DNA of 62,990 nt, the filler included, from Circinaria calcarea (lineage: Eukaryota): the NCBI GenBank assembly GCA_051942165.1. It is 9 parts of 9 records of this genome, joined end to end, with 100 filler letters (N's around TTAATTAATTAA, not from the genome) between each part and the next. Parts side by side here need not be neighbours in the genome. Positions count along the whole stretch, not along the records: positions 7,027 to 13,945 come from JAVECS010001456.1; positions 14,046 to 20,958 come from JAVECS010001457.1; positions 21,059 to 27,967 come from JAVECS010001458.1; 6 more parts are not named here. The stretch is one strand, 5' to 3'. Shown piece by piece: positions 11,431 through 22,294 of the stretch. How positions within the stretch are numbered: position 1 is the stretch's first letter; the number at the start of each line of letters is the position of its first letter. The notes beneath the pieces are model-generated. The model did no database searches. It saw only the letters and a program-made list of their open reading frames with translations, and was not told the DNA's origin. Position numbers and translations under genes: made by a program.

Positions 11431-11547
11431 AGGATTAGGGATCCCTTGGATGAGCTTCACGGGGCTCGGGGGTCATCATGGAAAGAGGATTGGAATAATA
11501 ACGCATTTTATTTCCAACAGCTTTGCTTCATGTGTACCTCCGAACCA

Positions 11548-13945
11548 TCAACTCCTCGTCAAATCCAGAACTTCCACCCCCTCGTACGCATACTTAGGAT
11601 CCATTACCCGCGCCTCCCACTGATCCATTTCCTTCCACGCACCTTCCAGACTTTCCCGCACCGCCACAAACCTCCTCGATCGCTTCGTCTCGGAAGTCTT
11701 ATGCGGCAGATGGCTTAACGGGAGGTTGACGGTATCATAGCAATCCTCCTCGTAACACACTGGAGGCAACTCCGGTGATGGAGTTCCTAGTGACGCTTCC
11801 ATCGATGCCGAAACTGCCTTCAGCATTGGTGATGGCGTACCGAGATCCAAGCGTCCATTAACTTTTAGAGAATTCGATGGCTGAAGCGTGTAGACTGCTT
11901 CCGCGTTCTCACCATATGCTGATCGGAGGGAACCCGTCGAGGTCAGGGTCCTCAGCTGGCGAATTTCATTTGCCTCTTTCACAGGAGTTTGCATCTTTCT
12001 CGGCGAGGAATGATATATGTTATACCTCGGTCCCTCCGTCAGGGCTTTGTCGGACTTCCCATCGTGCACATCCAGTGCATTTACACCTGAACCTTCATCG
12101 CTATCATCAGGAGAGAATGATGGCGACCTGGCGTGTTTGCAAAGGACAGCAGGCGGAGGCGATGGGATGGAACGTCGAACAGGCCTTGGACTCGAGTCTA
12201 ACGAGGATGCAGCAGATTCAGCACATTGTGGAGACCCATATATTCCTAACGCCGAGTATCTCTTATTCCTGTCCAATTTTATATTCAGGGTATATGACGG
12301 CCTGCGTGATAATGTCCAGGGATTGATGTTGATGTTCTTTGGCGAGTTGTCTAGTGAGATTGATATTGTTGTTCGCGAGATTTTTTCCTTCGGAGTGAGT
12401 TTTGGATTTGGCGTGCCAGGGGTACTGCTGAGAATTATGGGATTCTGGACCTTGTTCTGCTGTCTGCTTCGTTTAGGCTTAGGGTACATTTCTGGTGCTA
12501 AGAAGATTGGAAGAACTTCTTGAAAAACTGGAAGAACTTCCTGACAGACTGGCAGAATCTCCTGTAAAGTGGATTTAGGTTTGCTTCTTGGTTTCTGTTT
12601 TGGAGATTCGATTTTGTTGTAACCGAGATTGGGCTTAGATACCTTGACAAAAGCATCGAGAGCGCCCTTGGTCATGCCTGACTTCGTGATTGCGGTACGC
12701 TGACGAGCCTTCCGTGAGGCGAACTTCTTGGGGTTCCTCATGTTTTCTTCGTAGGTCTCCACCAGCAGAGGTACCCCCAGTTTTGCAAAGGTCTCCAAGA
12801 TCCATATCTTTTCTGGCTGACTCGGATCGTAGGTTGAAGGAGCATCTATTTTGGTAGGGCTTCTCGAGCGACTTCGGTCTTCTTCGTCCGATCCAGGCTC
12901 TTCCAGTTCCGAATCATTGTCCTTTCCAGTAATACCTGCATAATCGTCGGTTTCTTCCTGATCCAGGTCTATGTCTACAATTTCTGCTGGTACATATGCA
13001 ACCCGCAGCTCTGGCACTCCATCTGTAGCGAAATGAGTTCGCTGTCCACAGATTGTCTTGATGTAGCCGGCCTCCTCCTCAGCTTGGAATTCTAGACCAA
13101 AGGAATTGGTTGTGCACTCCTCGCCGCGCTTTCGTAATCTGTGCACCAGCAAGGCTGGCGCAAACCCACGGATGAACTTCCTTGCACCGGCGAGATGCTG
13201 CCACTCAAATGCATCGGCTACGAAAGCTCGGAGCCCTTGGATGTCAACAACCCCACTCCATTTAATACTTTCTTTCAGATTAGAAATCTTCTCTGAAGAT
13301 GAGACGATAGGATGTGTGTAATAGCCTAGGACGGATTTATCTGGGAAGGTTTCTGGTATTCGTAAAGCCTTGTGCTTTACACGAAAGAATCCAGACTCGT
13401 TATTTCGCAACTCGTGTTCCAGTCTCTCTCTCCACTGCCTAATTCCCACAGTATCTTTCCTCGACAAACTACAAAGGTCTTTGCCAAAACCTGCACGAGC
13501 AGCTTCGCAGGCTATTTTGATACCACAGCCCGGCACACCCGCAGGGATGTAATCACCTCCACTCATTAATGCAATGAGAACCATACCTTCCCGATCAAGG
13601 CCCGCTTTTCCTTCCTTGATTCCTTTGGCATGGTAGGTACTGACGTGAGTCGGGCTCTTATTGCCTCGAGTGCCTTCGCTACTCCAGTTTCGAATGCTCA
13701 GCGTACATCCAAACATTAGAGTATCAACATCCTCGCTGAGGACGGCATCGACGATGCCTTCTCTCTGGAAGAGTGCGCATTCTGCCTCCGCTTCTCCTGG
13801 TGCCGTCAGGTAGGGAAATCCAAAAAGTTTTAACATTTGTTTAGCAAGTAAATTTGGAAGTGATGCCATATTAGGGCTGGTCCGAACATTTCGTTTGAAA
13901 GGTGGCTTGTTGGGCCCATCGAATACAAATAGGGGCTCTATGGAC
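11548..13945 (-). CDS. GEN1: Rad2/XPG-family Holliday junction resolvase GEN1/Yen1 (5' truncated by contig end)
   Basis: PLFVFDGPNKPPFKR, APGEAEAECA, SEDVDTLMFG and H3TH-like SGGDYIPAGVPGCG motifs, plus a long disordered C-terminus. The frame is open to the contig edge. Confidence 0.88.
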
Positions 13946-14045
13946 NNNNNNNNNNNNNNNNNNNNNNNNNNNNNNNNNNNNNNNNNNNNTTAATTAATTA
14001 ANNNNNNNNNNNNNNNNNNNNNNNNNNNNNNNNNNNNNNNNNNNN
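13946..14045. other. Artificial contig-joining spacer
   Basis: N44-TTAATTAATTAA-N44. Confidence 0.98.
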
Positions 14046-14373
14046 TTGTTCCCGTTTTCTCGACATCCCTCTCGTTCACGTCGGTCTTAGGACCTAGGCT
14101 CCTCGACCGCTTTCGACTCTGCTGCGATACATGGGAAAGCTCCCGGCTAAGCTCCGCGAAGTCTTCCTCTGCGCGCTTGACAGAGACGCCCGATTCCACA
14201 GCTTTGGCAGCATTGGTAGATATAGGCGCGCAGTGCTCCTTCCTCGGGACGTTTGTATCTGCTGTCGTATCTGGTACATATTGAGTGGGCGAGGTACGAG
14301 GGGATTCGGCCGCTTCGATAGATTCTGCACCATGCTGACGAGTGCCGTCGACGATCTCATTGGCTACCTGCAT
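14046..14373 (-). CDS. N-terminus of a PDR/ABCG-type ABC transporter (3' lost at contig edge)
   Basis: GVSVKRAEEDFAELSRELSHVSQQS...DVEK resembles the N-terminal extension of fungal PDR transporters. No nucleotide-binding domain is visible. Confidence 0.65.
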
Positions 14374-15962
14374 CTCGGTAATCTTTACGGAGCACCAGAT
14401 TTAAGCGCAAAAATCCCCCAAGCAAAGAAAATTAAAGGCAATGAGGGAAAGGATATCATTAACTCTGTACTTGCAAATCAGATATAAATGATTTAGAGGA
14501 ATGCATATCCAGATCAGGCACAGAAAATGAGCAGTAGTTCCATGGAATCAATGACTCAGGCAGCGGTGACAACGTTTCCAGAGCCTTTCGACATGGTATT
14601 CCATTGGTTCAGTCAACTACTGACTCAATTCCTGACTACGCTCCCCGAAAAGCTTACTGGGAACTACGGCTTACCTCCTAACCCCGAGATTGCGCGAATT
14701 GTGGTCGCAGGGGAAATAGTTAATAGTAGACTTGGCAAAACAAGGTAATTTGGTATGTGATAACCAATCAACGCCGCGGTATTTGCAGATCGTACTAGTA
14801 AATTTCCCATCCGACCACAGAAAGTCGATGGACAAGTCAGGGTTAGGCAGTAAGTTGCTCCCCGCGCTTATACTTTCGATAGCAACCACTTTTGCTCGTC
14901 CTACCATTGTATGTTACCTAGCAATAATGCAGCCTCATGAGGTTCGAGACGGTTACTTTGCAGGAGTGTATCATCGTCGAGGAGCTATACCAACCCAGGC
15001 ATTTACTCACCCACCAAATTTCGCTGGGTCAGTCATAGCATGCAGTTATGACTCAAACTCGGCGAAAATGCTGCAGCAAAGATTAATTGGCTCGAAGACG
15101 AGGGATTGCCTTGGCGCCATCCTCCAGAGTTACTGCAGACAAGCGCACGCCATTTCACTTGTAAATATTCGTCCAGATGGTGAGTTTGCAGCATTAAAGG
15201 CAGAGAGCTAAAATTATACTACATAAGCCACCGCCGCTCACATAACTCTCACACGCAATATGAGGAACCGGGGCACAGCAAAGAAGCAATCTAAGGGAAC
15301 TGCAGACATTGAGGAACGTCGAACAAGAAATGGTAGCGTACATTAGCCATTTATAAAAACAGTTCTAAGATCAACGCCATTAGAGAAAAAATTTTCAAGC
15401 CCTAGATACCAGCTCTGAAAACATTGGGCATAACTTGCAATACTCTCTGCACGGATGTACTTGTTATTCTATATGCTTCATCCCACCTTCAAGAAGGGCA
15501 CATGAAATGGCTTTGGGCAATAATGGTCCGTAGGGGGTATTAATTGTTAGCGCAATCTCTCCGGAAGATCTATAATAAGCCCAACTTACGTTTTAATTTT
15601 AAAAAGTATAGATACAATATGTGTTAGAGGATAGACCTAACATCAGAAGTATTTTTTCCTTAAAGTTACTCACGCATATTGTGGATTATACAGGGGATAT
15701 TGAAGCAATGTGCTAGCAATTAATACCCTTGCAGATCGTAAATAGTCCCTATCTAATCGTTGAGGGGCCCGTGCTCTCATTAGTGGATACCTGAGAGGGT
15801 AACAGCGTTTTGTAGATGAAAAACGATACAAAGGTACGAGCGGGCTGAGTTCTACTGGCAAGCTTGGCCTCCTCACTCATTCAGTTTGTGTGGGTGTTCT
15901 GTTCAAGATGCAAAATGGCAGTAGGTTATTGTGGTTCCCTCTATTGTCGGAGATTCATATTA

Positions 15963-16496
15963 ATGACGTTAGGACCTCATCCACTACTCGCTCAGATTCC
16001 CTTGACTGTTTCTCCTTTCATCTCCCTCCCAACCGCCACTACTCTACCATATACCTACAAGTCACTGCCCTCAGCTTTGCCTCCATCGTCGACGGGTGAG
16101 TTCAACGGTTCGGAGAAACCAAAGTATGTAGTTTCATCTTCCGGTCATGCCGCTCATCCCGATGAAATTATTGCATCGTGTCAAGCCTTGCAAAGTCATC
16201 TGCAAAAGCTCCAAGAGGATGCAGAAGAAACCTTGAAAGAATGGGAGACTAGCATCAAAGAACGCGAACTGGCCGAGAAAAGACGACTTGCTCCAGGATG
16301 GCTGGACCGTGAGGAGAAGATCCTCGAGCCGGAAAGGAAGCATGATAGTCTTGGTCCATCGACAGGCGGACAAACCGGCGACATTAATATAATGGACCGT
16401 CAAGATGCGGCCCCTCTGGAAAAGAGCCTCACGCAGGAACGGAACGCCCAGGGAGAAGAGCTAGATCGGGCTTTTGGAGGCTTGGGGCTTCGATAA
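15963..16496 (+). CDS. Conserved fungal hypothetical coiled-coil protein
   Basis: HPLLAQIPLTVSPFISLPTATTLPY, ELAEKRRLAPGWLD and GEELDRAFGGL. Intronless; ATG at 15963 preferred to the non-ATG start in the ORF track. Confidence 0.8.
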   Translation: MTLGPHPLLAQIPLTVSPFISLPTATTLPYTYKSLPSALPPSSTGEFNGSEKPKYVVSSSGHAAHPDEIIASCQALQSHLQKLQEDAEETLKEWETSIKERELAEKRRLAPGWLDREEKILEPERKHDSLGPSTGGQTGDINIMDRQDAAPLEKSLTQERNAQGEELDRAFGGLGLR

Positions 16497-17038
16497 CAAT
16501 AGGCTGTGTGCATCTATCAGACTTTGAGGCTTGTTCACTTTCCTGTCACGAGGCTACAGAGTGGCTGTCAGACTTATCATATATGGAAGATATCTTCTAG
16601 TTTGTCGCTCGAATGTGATCCACAGTTCTGTTTGAACTACACTCACCCGGGTAGACGGTCGAAGAACTTGTAGCGTGTAGCGTAGTGCGATATAGACGGA
16701 TAATTTTGTCTACTTTATTCATGACAACTGAAGAAAGGGATCGAACTATTAATTACCTCACGAGTTCGGTGCCTAGTGTAGTATAGTATGTTTCCTATCT
16801 GATCGTTAGAGGGTTTTAGTGCTGCTGCCCGATTTGTACGTCTATAAACATGCACTCGGCAATCCAAATGGGCACAGCGAGTGGTGGAAGAGCAGATCAA
16901 TCTAGTAGTCACACAATGAGCCTCAATTACCAGTCATTCCCAGTGCTTAAATCTATCCATTCACCCTCTCCACTTCCACAAATGCCACCTTCAAGTCCGA
17001 GTACGAATCAACTCACCATTATCAAGTAGACCCGGAAA

Positions 17039-18140
17039 ATGGAGGTCTTTGGCTATGATCCCGCCACGTCAATTCCCCATGTAAGCCTGTTACTACATCA
17101 GTCCCGGACTCCAGAGTCTTTCTACTCGGGGCGTCCAATTCTCTATCGGCTTTGTACCAACACTCGACTTGTAGCTCTCAGACATGAGCTGCTAAGTTCT
17201 CTGGCCTTGACCCGTCTTATAAACGGTGCAGTTACCAATGGCGCAAACACCAACGGCGCAAATATCAACAGCGCAACGACTAACGGTGCAACGACTAATG
17301 GCGCAACGACGAATGGCCATGGTGAAGAGCACGGAGAGGAGGAGGTCATCAACAACGTAGACGTGTTCGTCTACTCCCAGTACGCTATCTATTCTCTCAG
17401 CAGGACACAACAGCGGCTGACAAGCAATAAGTAACTTCTTAATATACCATACCACTAAAAAAATCGGCGTCTCGATTCCTTACCCCAACATCTCCCTTCA
17501 TGCCATCCAACGCATACAGATTCCGTCGAGCCCACCCGGCCCAGAAGTGGAAGGCGTATTGATACAAATAGACACTTCCGATGGTTTCGACGATCATGAT
17601 CCAGATGCCACCATCTCCATGACTATCATCCCTTGTACAGATCCCATATCCCCTTCGACCCTGGCAGAACTTATCGAGATGGAAAGCCCAGAAACACGGT
17701 TCATCGATGGGGTGATGCAGGATGGTTCTCCGGCAACAGAGACCATGGACGAGTTTTCGCATGAGGATTCCCCGCCACCCGAGAGCTTGGTGGAGGGCCT
17801 TTACAACGCCATAACCATCTGCACAAACCTTCATCCGGATCCGCAGCCTCATCCTGCGGATCCAGAAGCTGATATTCGCTACGGTGACTATGAGTCTGCA
17901 GCGCCTACGATGCTAAGCTACGGCCTGCCACCGCCGATGCCTGGAAGTGGTGGGTGGATCACGGCCGAGAACGTGAATGAATTTTTCGACGAGGAAGGGA
18001 ACCCACGAGGCGAAGGGCTCGGTCCTGGAGCAGGGACTGTCCGACAGAGAGAGGATGAAGGCAACGAAGGGGTTGATGCAGGAATGCAAGATGATGTGGG
18101 AGCAGACGGAGAGGAAGTTAAGTACAGGAGATTGGAGTAA
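17039..18140 (+). CDS. LOT5: ICln/Lot5 (Voldacs domain) protein (exons 17039-17379, 17432-18140)
   Basis: HQSRTPESFYSGRPILY, GVSIPYPNISLHAIQR, LYNAITICTNLHPDP and GGWITAEN. Intron 17380-17431 (GTACGC...CTGAC...AAG) restores the frame. Confidence 0.85.
17219..17317 (+). repeat. Coding 15-bp tandem repeat (TNGAT-like pentapeptide, ~6.5 copies)
   Basis: INGAV TNGAN TNGAN INSAT TNGAT TNGAT TNG. Confidence 0.9.
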
Positions 18141-19414
18141 GTGAGTGAGTGGTCGAGAAAGAAAGTGGCCGTCTGGTGCACACACATATACTTGGGGCAC
18201 CAAGATTACATGGCTTCTGGACTCGGTGAGTAGTATATGCGGCTTGTTAAGAAAATGCTAATCTTGAAGGGTGGCTGGTATTGGAACTTGGCCAACCCCT
18301 TACTTGAGCACGAGATCTACCACCTACTAGAATCATCGGATGTTTTTGCAGGCCATCTTTTTCTTCGATGTATTCTTCAAGAAGGTGAAGACCCTTCTCG
18401 TTCTATATCTTACAGAATCCATGCATTACTCCGGCCCACAACGAACATGGTAAATCTAGAATATGAACTTCAGATTCTTGTTCGTTTTGTGCATCTTCAC
18501 GCTGTCTGTCGATTTAATTGTGAGTTACGTTAGAAGAATAAACTTGATGAACGCCGACTATTTCTTTGGACGCTGCGACTCTGTCCAATCGCTCGCGTTG
18601 TTTGCTGAATTCTCCAATCCCCATCGAATTCCACGTCTCTATCATTGAGAGCAACGCCAACTGTTGAAGTCCAAGAAGTATGACGCCTCTCGAGAACCAG
18701 CTGACCGATTATCCCTTGCCCTCGCATCTCCCCATGCGGCTCCGGTCAGTTGGAGAATGCGACTGCATCCTGGGGAATAGCGAGGTGAGAATGTGGCTTG
18801 AAGCTGAACCTGGGCGAAGCAAGTAGCGGAGACTTTGGCCGCCACAAGAAGAACCCCGCAGTGCTTCTCGCCAGAGTTGTGCATTCGCTGAAGGTGTTAT
18901 ATGCCTAAATCGGTGATCGAAGAATGTTTAGAGAGAATCCTGATAAATTTAGTATCCCAGAACGTGCGCACAGTGTGAATGCGCGGCAGGAGCCAGACTT
19001 GTCGCTCATAGAGAGGGCGACTGCTATGGGGTGATTCACCGCCCTCACCGACATCTTCCTCTCCCCACTTGACCGAATTGAGAAAGTTGTGGGAGGTGGA
19101 GAGCTGAGAGGACGATGCTATCCCGGTAAGCAGAACATAGTTGGCCAGCCATAAATTTGGCGGCAACAATTGACGGGGACGGCAATAGAAGAGTTAGCCG
19201 GATAGAGTAAGCTGACAGAAAACTCAGCCAACCATAAGCCTCGAATCCCTGCCAAGCCGGTCGCTCAACCAGTCAGGTTTAAGCGAGGTGTCATCGTCAG
19301 CCTCAGCCTCGTCCTCAGCCTTAGCCTTCCTTTACTGCAAATGAGATTTCGGCCCACGAAGTAAGAGCCAGGGGGGGGCTCTTGCAGGTCGCTCAGCACT
19401 GTATCGCTCTTGCC

Positions 19415-19422
19415 TATATAAA
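19415..19422 (+). promoter_or_regulatory. Putative TATA box of the lipoxygenase gene
   Basis: TATATAAA about 95 bp upstream of the ATG at 19514, followed by a pyrimidine-rich tract. Confidence 0.5.
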
Positions 19423-19513
19423 TGGTATATAATCAAGGTAGCTCTCCGCCTTATTCACCCCTCTCTATTCCTTATTTTCTACTGTCCAGATTCACCACAC
19501 AGACTCAAGCACC

Positions 19514-20958
19514 ATGTCTGGAAATCAGCAACAGCAGCAGGATCCCAATACTTCCTCCACTCCTGCACCATTCCGTATGCACCTCGAGGCGTGGGATCGG
19601 GGTGTCTTTGCCTCGGAGCTCATCCAACAATCCCTCTTTCCCCGCCAAGTCTCGTCCGGCAGCCATGGGAGTGCAACCAGGTTGATTACACCGCCCAACT
19701 TCCCACGTCCCCTTTCGGAGGGGACCTTCCACGGCTCGAAAAAGGCAGCGACGGAAATGTTCCATCGGATTGAGCAGAGGTATGTGGTGGTGAAGCAGCA
19801 TGAAGATCATTACCCTCACTTCATATGTCGTTTGCTGTGGTGACCACTCGAATTCGACCTGATCTCTCCTTTTAGATTCACCTCGTTCTTCGACGTCGCA
19901 AATTTCGAGTCGACTGTCCCGCAAGATATTAGTTTCGAGGACAAAAAGCAGCTCTATACATACCAGGAGCCGGGGAGTGACAGGTATCCTCCTCATCTCA
20001 ACTTGATCCCCCCAAAAGACATGACAGGCCTTTTACATATCTTCGACGCCATGCGTCTACTCGACACTGGTACATTGCTGGGTAGTGTCATACCCGAAAA
20101 GATTCTTGATTTTATTCACAGCGACCCAGACAGAGACTCAATCGCTGGGGTCGAGGCTCGTAATAAGAAGCTACGTAGTGAGAAAAAAGACATATTCACA
20201 CAACCGAACATTGGCGACCGCCCGGACTGGTATACGGATGCTGTCTTTGGCCAACAACAATTCACTGGCACCAACCCTACGACTATTGCCGTGGCGTCTG
20301 CCCAGTGGGTCGAGCAATTCAAGACTGCAGCAAAGGCTCAGCATAACGAGAAGGCGTCGAAGCTACTCGGTTCTGCCGACGTCAAGTCATTGTACATTCA
20401 AGACTGCAGCTACTTCCGTGCCGCCATTGGTGTTGCTCCCGGCGCTACCATGAAATCCGATAACGGAGAACGGTTCGGTTGTGCTGCGGTCAGTCTCTTT
20501 CAGCTCAACGACGACGGAAAACTCCACCCGTTAGCCATCGTGATCGATTACAAGAAGACAATGGAGGACTCGGTAGTCATCTTCAACAATCGCCTGCACG
20601 TCTCTGATTCAACCAGTTCTGAAGCAACCGACTGGCCATGGCGCTATGCCAAGTTGTGCGCCCAAATCTCCGACTGGACTCGCCATGAAGTGGCTATTCA
20701 CCTGACTAACACACACTTTGTCGAGGAAGCAGTTATTGTTGCGGCTCACCGGGCTTTCCCAACCGATCATCTTGTCTATCAATTGTTGCAACCACACTGG
20801 TTGAAGACGCTTTCGCTCAACGCCTCTGCACGTTCATCCTTGGTTCCCCAGGTCGTTGTAAAGCTCGTGGGTTATACCGAAGACCAGTTGTACGCTTACG
20901 TCGATGATGCGTACAAACGCTTTGACTGGACGGCCCTTTACATTCCCAAAGATCTAGA
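19514..20958 (+). CDS. Lipoxygenase, iron type (intron 19780-19875; 3' truncated)
   Basis: DAVFGQQQFTGTNP, KLHPLAIVID, WRYAK and metal-ligand motif HEVAIHLTNTH, then LLQPHW. The GTATGT...TAG intron joins the N-terminal exon in frame. Confidence 0.92.
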
Positions 20959-21058
20959 NNNNNNNNNNNNNNNNNNNNNNNNNNNNNNNNNNNNNNNNNN
21001 NNTTAATTAATTAANNNNNNNNNNNNNNNNNNNNNNNNNNNNNNNNNNNNNNNNNNNN
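20959..21058. other. Artificial contig-joining spacer
   Basis: N44-TTAATTAATTAA-N44. Confidence 0.98.
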
Positions 21059-21084
21059 CACAATTGGCTGATACGCTTTGGTAG

Positions 21085-21446
21085 GGTATTGGTGCCGCTC
21101 AGGATGCTGTACGTATGCAGCGAGTTGTCAGCTTCTATGAAAAACTCCCTCGGGGTCCTGCGCCAGAAGTAAAGCCGTCTGGCCTACTCGGAAGATACCA
21201 AGCACGGTACTTTGGAAAGAACCCTTCAGCTGCGCGTACGTACCTTAAGCTCTACCGGAGATTCTACCCCCTTGGGAAATTGCTGAAAATTGAAATTCAC
21301 AGCTATTGTCCATGTCATCATTGGCCTCCTTGCCTTTGGCTATGCGAACAACTACTACTTTCATCTACGTTTGTCATAGCTTGTCTGATTTATAAACTTA
21401 ACAAGGCTAACATGCTAAAGGTCATCATAAGAACAACGCTCACTAA
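21085..21446 (+). CDS. ATP17: Mitochondrial ATP synthase subunit f (5' exon missing; exons 21085-21235, 21303-21368, 21421-21446)
   Basis: RMQRVVSFYEKLPRGPAP...YQARYFG, PIVHVIIGLLAFGYANNYYFHLRHHKNNAH*. Confidence 0.93.
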
Positions 21447-22294
21447 ATTGGAGGTTTCGAGCGGTCCCAAGCAAGAACTGAAGATGTACATATTTCTAGA
21501 ATGAACCCTTCCGTTCGAGGTGCATTTAACTGACTGTGTGCTCAACCATCCTTCTCCTTTTTTCAGTAATCAAAGATTCTAGCAGGATTGTGGTCTTCGT
21601 AGACAGTAGGTTCACGTCCCTAGGGAAGACTCACACACGTCCGTAACAACACATTATGGGCCTGCATGTAAACGACGCACGGAAGAAAGAGGCCCTTGAT
21701 CTCATCCTCCTAAATACTAATCATGGTAGATATGCTACGTTTGGCAGCGATTACACTTATCCAATGACTTTCCTATCCTGGATCTCGATATCACTATTAT
21801 CGTTGCACTGAAGCGACTTGTACTAACATATTCCGTAATCCTCCAAATTGGCTGTGACTGATTAAAGCGCTAGCGAAGGCGCTTAGCCGAATCTAGAGCT
21901 GGCATGAATCTGATTGACCTTAACCCGAATCACCTACTCTATTCCATAGACTACCCTACCCTTTTGACTCCACCGCGACCCTCTCCTTCACTGAGTGTGA
22001 CTTTGTCGGAGCAGTATAAGCCTGACTCATTTTAGGCCAGTCAAGGTTCCAACTCAAGTCACTAGACTCCGCTCGAGTATCTCGTCACCAACCCAAGAAT
22101 CCAAAGTAGAATCTACCCCCTTTGGTGGTAGGAGGTCATTGTGGCTATCATACAGAATCGATAAAGGTATGAGAATCCCGCGGGCTCTCTGGAATACATA
22201 GTACACCCACACCGCGCCTGCAAGTCCTTATCATTTAAGAGAGCAAATTTCTAACATAGTACACGTTTGTAACTTGGCTAGATTTGAAACTGTT

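Noticed and set aside
14459..14594. Three short upstream ORFs before the ABC transporter start
   Set aside because: The transcription start is unknown and such short ORFs arise by chance.
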